From Phycisphaerae bacterium (GTDB taxonomy: Bacteria > Planctomycetota > Phycisphaerae > Tepidisphaerales > Tepidisphaeraceae), in the NCBI GenBank assembly GCA_031411495.1, contig JANOBD010000081.1:1519-65518 (forward strand): a stretch of 64,000 nt of DNA. Reading direction: 5' to 3'. The notes below the pieces were generated by a model. That model was not told where the DNA came from, searched no databases, and worked only from the letters and a program-made list of their open reading frames with translations. The position numbers and the translations under genes were made by a program. Below are positions 62,536 to 64,000 of the stretch, piece after piece. Positions within the stretch are counted from its first letter, which is position 1. The number at the start of each line of letters is the position of its first letter.

Positions 62536-64000
62536 GGGTCGCGCCCCCGCGCCGCGGTCGACCTATCGTTTGCAGTTCCACTCCGGCTTTGGTTTTGCTG
62601 ATGCTGCGGCAATCAGCGACTACCTGCATCAGTTGGGCATTTCGCACGCCTACGCATCGCCGTACCTCAAGGCGACGCCGGGAAGCACCCACGGCTATGA
62701 CGTGGTGGATCACGAAGTTGTGAACCCCGAACTCGGTGGCGAGAGCGGTCGCGACCTCTGGGTGGCATCGCTCCGTGCGCAAAGCATGTCTCACATTCTC
62801 GACATTGTTCCCAACCATATGGGAATCGCGTCAGGCGAGAACAACTGGTGGAACGACGTCCTGGAGTACGGCCCGGCGAGCCCGTTCGCGGAGCATTTCG
62901 ACATCCACTGGAATGGCACGCTCAGCGCGCCGCTGAAGAACAAGATCGTTCTCCCGATCCTTCCCGAGCCGTACGGCGATTGCCTTGCGAGCGGTTCGAT
63001 TCACATAGAGTTTCATCGTCAATACGGAAGGTTCGACGTCGTCGTCGGCACCAGGCATCTTCCGGTCGGGCCGGGGAGTCTCAGGCTTGTGCTGCGGGAC
63101 ATGGCGTCGCAGGTGGGAATCGACCCGTTCTCCATAGACGAACACACGCGGGGCGCGGCCGAGGCGATCAAAACGACGTTCTCGTGCCGTTGCCTTGAGG
63201 AACCGGATCTCGCCATTGTGCTCGAACGCGCCGCTGCCATGTGCAATGAGCCCGAACGCCTCCATGAGCTTCTCGAAGCTCAATTCTACCAACTTGCCCA
63301 CTGGCGCTCCGTAAACGGCACGATCAACTATCGGCGGTTCTTTGATGTGAACGAACTCGCGGCAATCAGAATGGAGCTTGAGACAGTATTCGCCGCCTCG
63401 CATCGCCGAATCACCGATTGGATAAGCGACGGCTCACTTGCGGGCCTGCGGATCGATCACCCTGATGGACTGGCAGACCCCGAGCGCTACCTGCGACGGC
63501 TGCAAGAAGCAGGCGGGAAACCGGTGTACGTCGTCGTTGAGAAGATTCTTGGCCAGGAGGAGCGACTGAACAATAGATGGGCGACGGCGGGGACCACCGG
63601 ATATGAGTTCCTGAGCCATGTCAACGGTCTCTATGTCGATGGCGGAAATGCCAGCGCGATGCAGAGGATCTACGAGCGTTTTGTAGGAACCGCGATGGAT
63701 TATGAAGCCATCGCCAGAACCAACAAGCGACGCATCTGCGAAGAGGCGATGGCGAGCGAACTGACAGCACTCGCCGAATCCGCCTATCATCTCGCCCAGC
63801 GCCATCTCAACACCCGCGATCTCAGCCTCATCTCCATCCGATTCGCATTGCGGGAACTCACCGCCTGCTTCCCGATCTACCGCACCTATTTCGGCGGCTC
63901 TGAGAATCAACCCGAAGACGAGGCGGCCCTGCATGACGCGATCGCCAGCGTTGCTTCTCGACGGCCGCGTCCTGACAAACTGTGCATGCGCTTCATCGCC
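62521..64000 (+). CDS. treY: Malto-oligosyltrehalose synthase (TreY), N-terminal part; continues past the window end
   Basis: The ORF track does not list it because it is truncated by the window edge. [51 protein letters not shown]...DIVPNHM is the canonical TreY N-terminus. It overlaps the treZ stop by 15 bp. Confidence 0.8.

Overview
This is a GC-rich (~65-70%) bacterial chromosome segment whose hallmarks point to Planctomycetota: PEP-CTERM and dockerin domains, a giant beta-helix adhesin, an ELWxxDGT-repeat protein, an anaerobic sulfatase maturase, and a recurring arginine-rich 'LExLExRxLL' N-terminal motif on secreted proteins. I found no rRNA, tRNA or CRISPR array. Gene calls, left to right:

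- **Efflux**: a divergent efflux module of a membrane-fusion lipoprotein (MFP, partial, - strand) next to a TetR–outer-membrane-factor–RND pump operon.
- **Glycosylation**: a GT4–(alpha/alpha)6 fusion glycosyltransferase with an extended GH130 phosphorylase-like partner, a DUF4142 secreted protein, and a GT2/GtrA polyprenol-phosphate glycosyltransferase.
- **Proteases and cell surface**: a tricorn-type S41 protease, a rhomboid protease, and a 1327-aa adhesin (two tandem CSLREA / beta-helix / choice-of-anchor-Q modules, then cadherin-like domains and RTX repeats).
- **Central metabolism and regulation**: a PQQ beta-propeller lipoprotein, trpE with a candidate leader/attenuator, a mini LuxR-type HTH, FKBP, and the 12-repeat ELWxxDGT protein.
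- **A - strand membrane cluster**: a Zn-ribbon 6TM protein with a minimal K+ channel, flotillin with an NfeD carrying an Asp/His-rich insert, a PAP2 + dual-specificity phosphatase fusion, and a MuiA-like DUF4139 protein.
- **Right half**: a Gfo/Idh/MocA oxidoreductase, an orphan PEP-CTERM protein, glutamate dehydrogenase, an M32 carboxypeptidase, a membrane-anchored GspE/PilB-like ATPase with a degenerate Walker A followed by a CvpA-like membrane protein and a secreted coiled-coil protein, a lysyl-oxidase-like enzyme fused to PPC + Calx-beta + dockerin, Thr/Ser dehydratase, anSME, GH2, a serine-recombinase remnant with a truncated DUF4142 paralog, and the trehalose operon glgX (apparent frameshift)–treZ–treY.

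The most interesting items are the inactive-looking GspE-like ATPase module, the bacterial lysyl-oxidase/dockerin protein, the shared lineage-specific N-terminal motif, and the recombinase scar. No single clearly novel defence-type system stands out. All homology statements rest on motifs read by eye and should be confirmed by HMM/BLAST searches.
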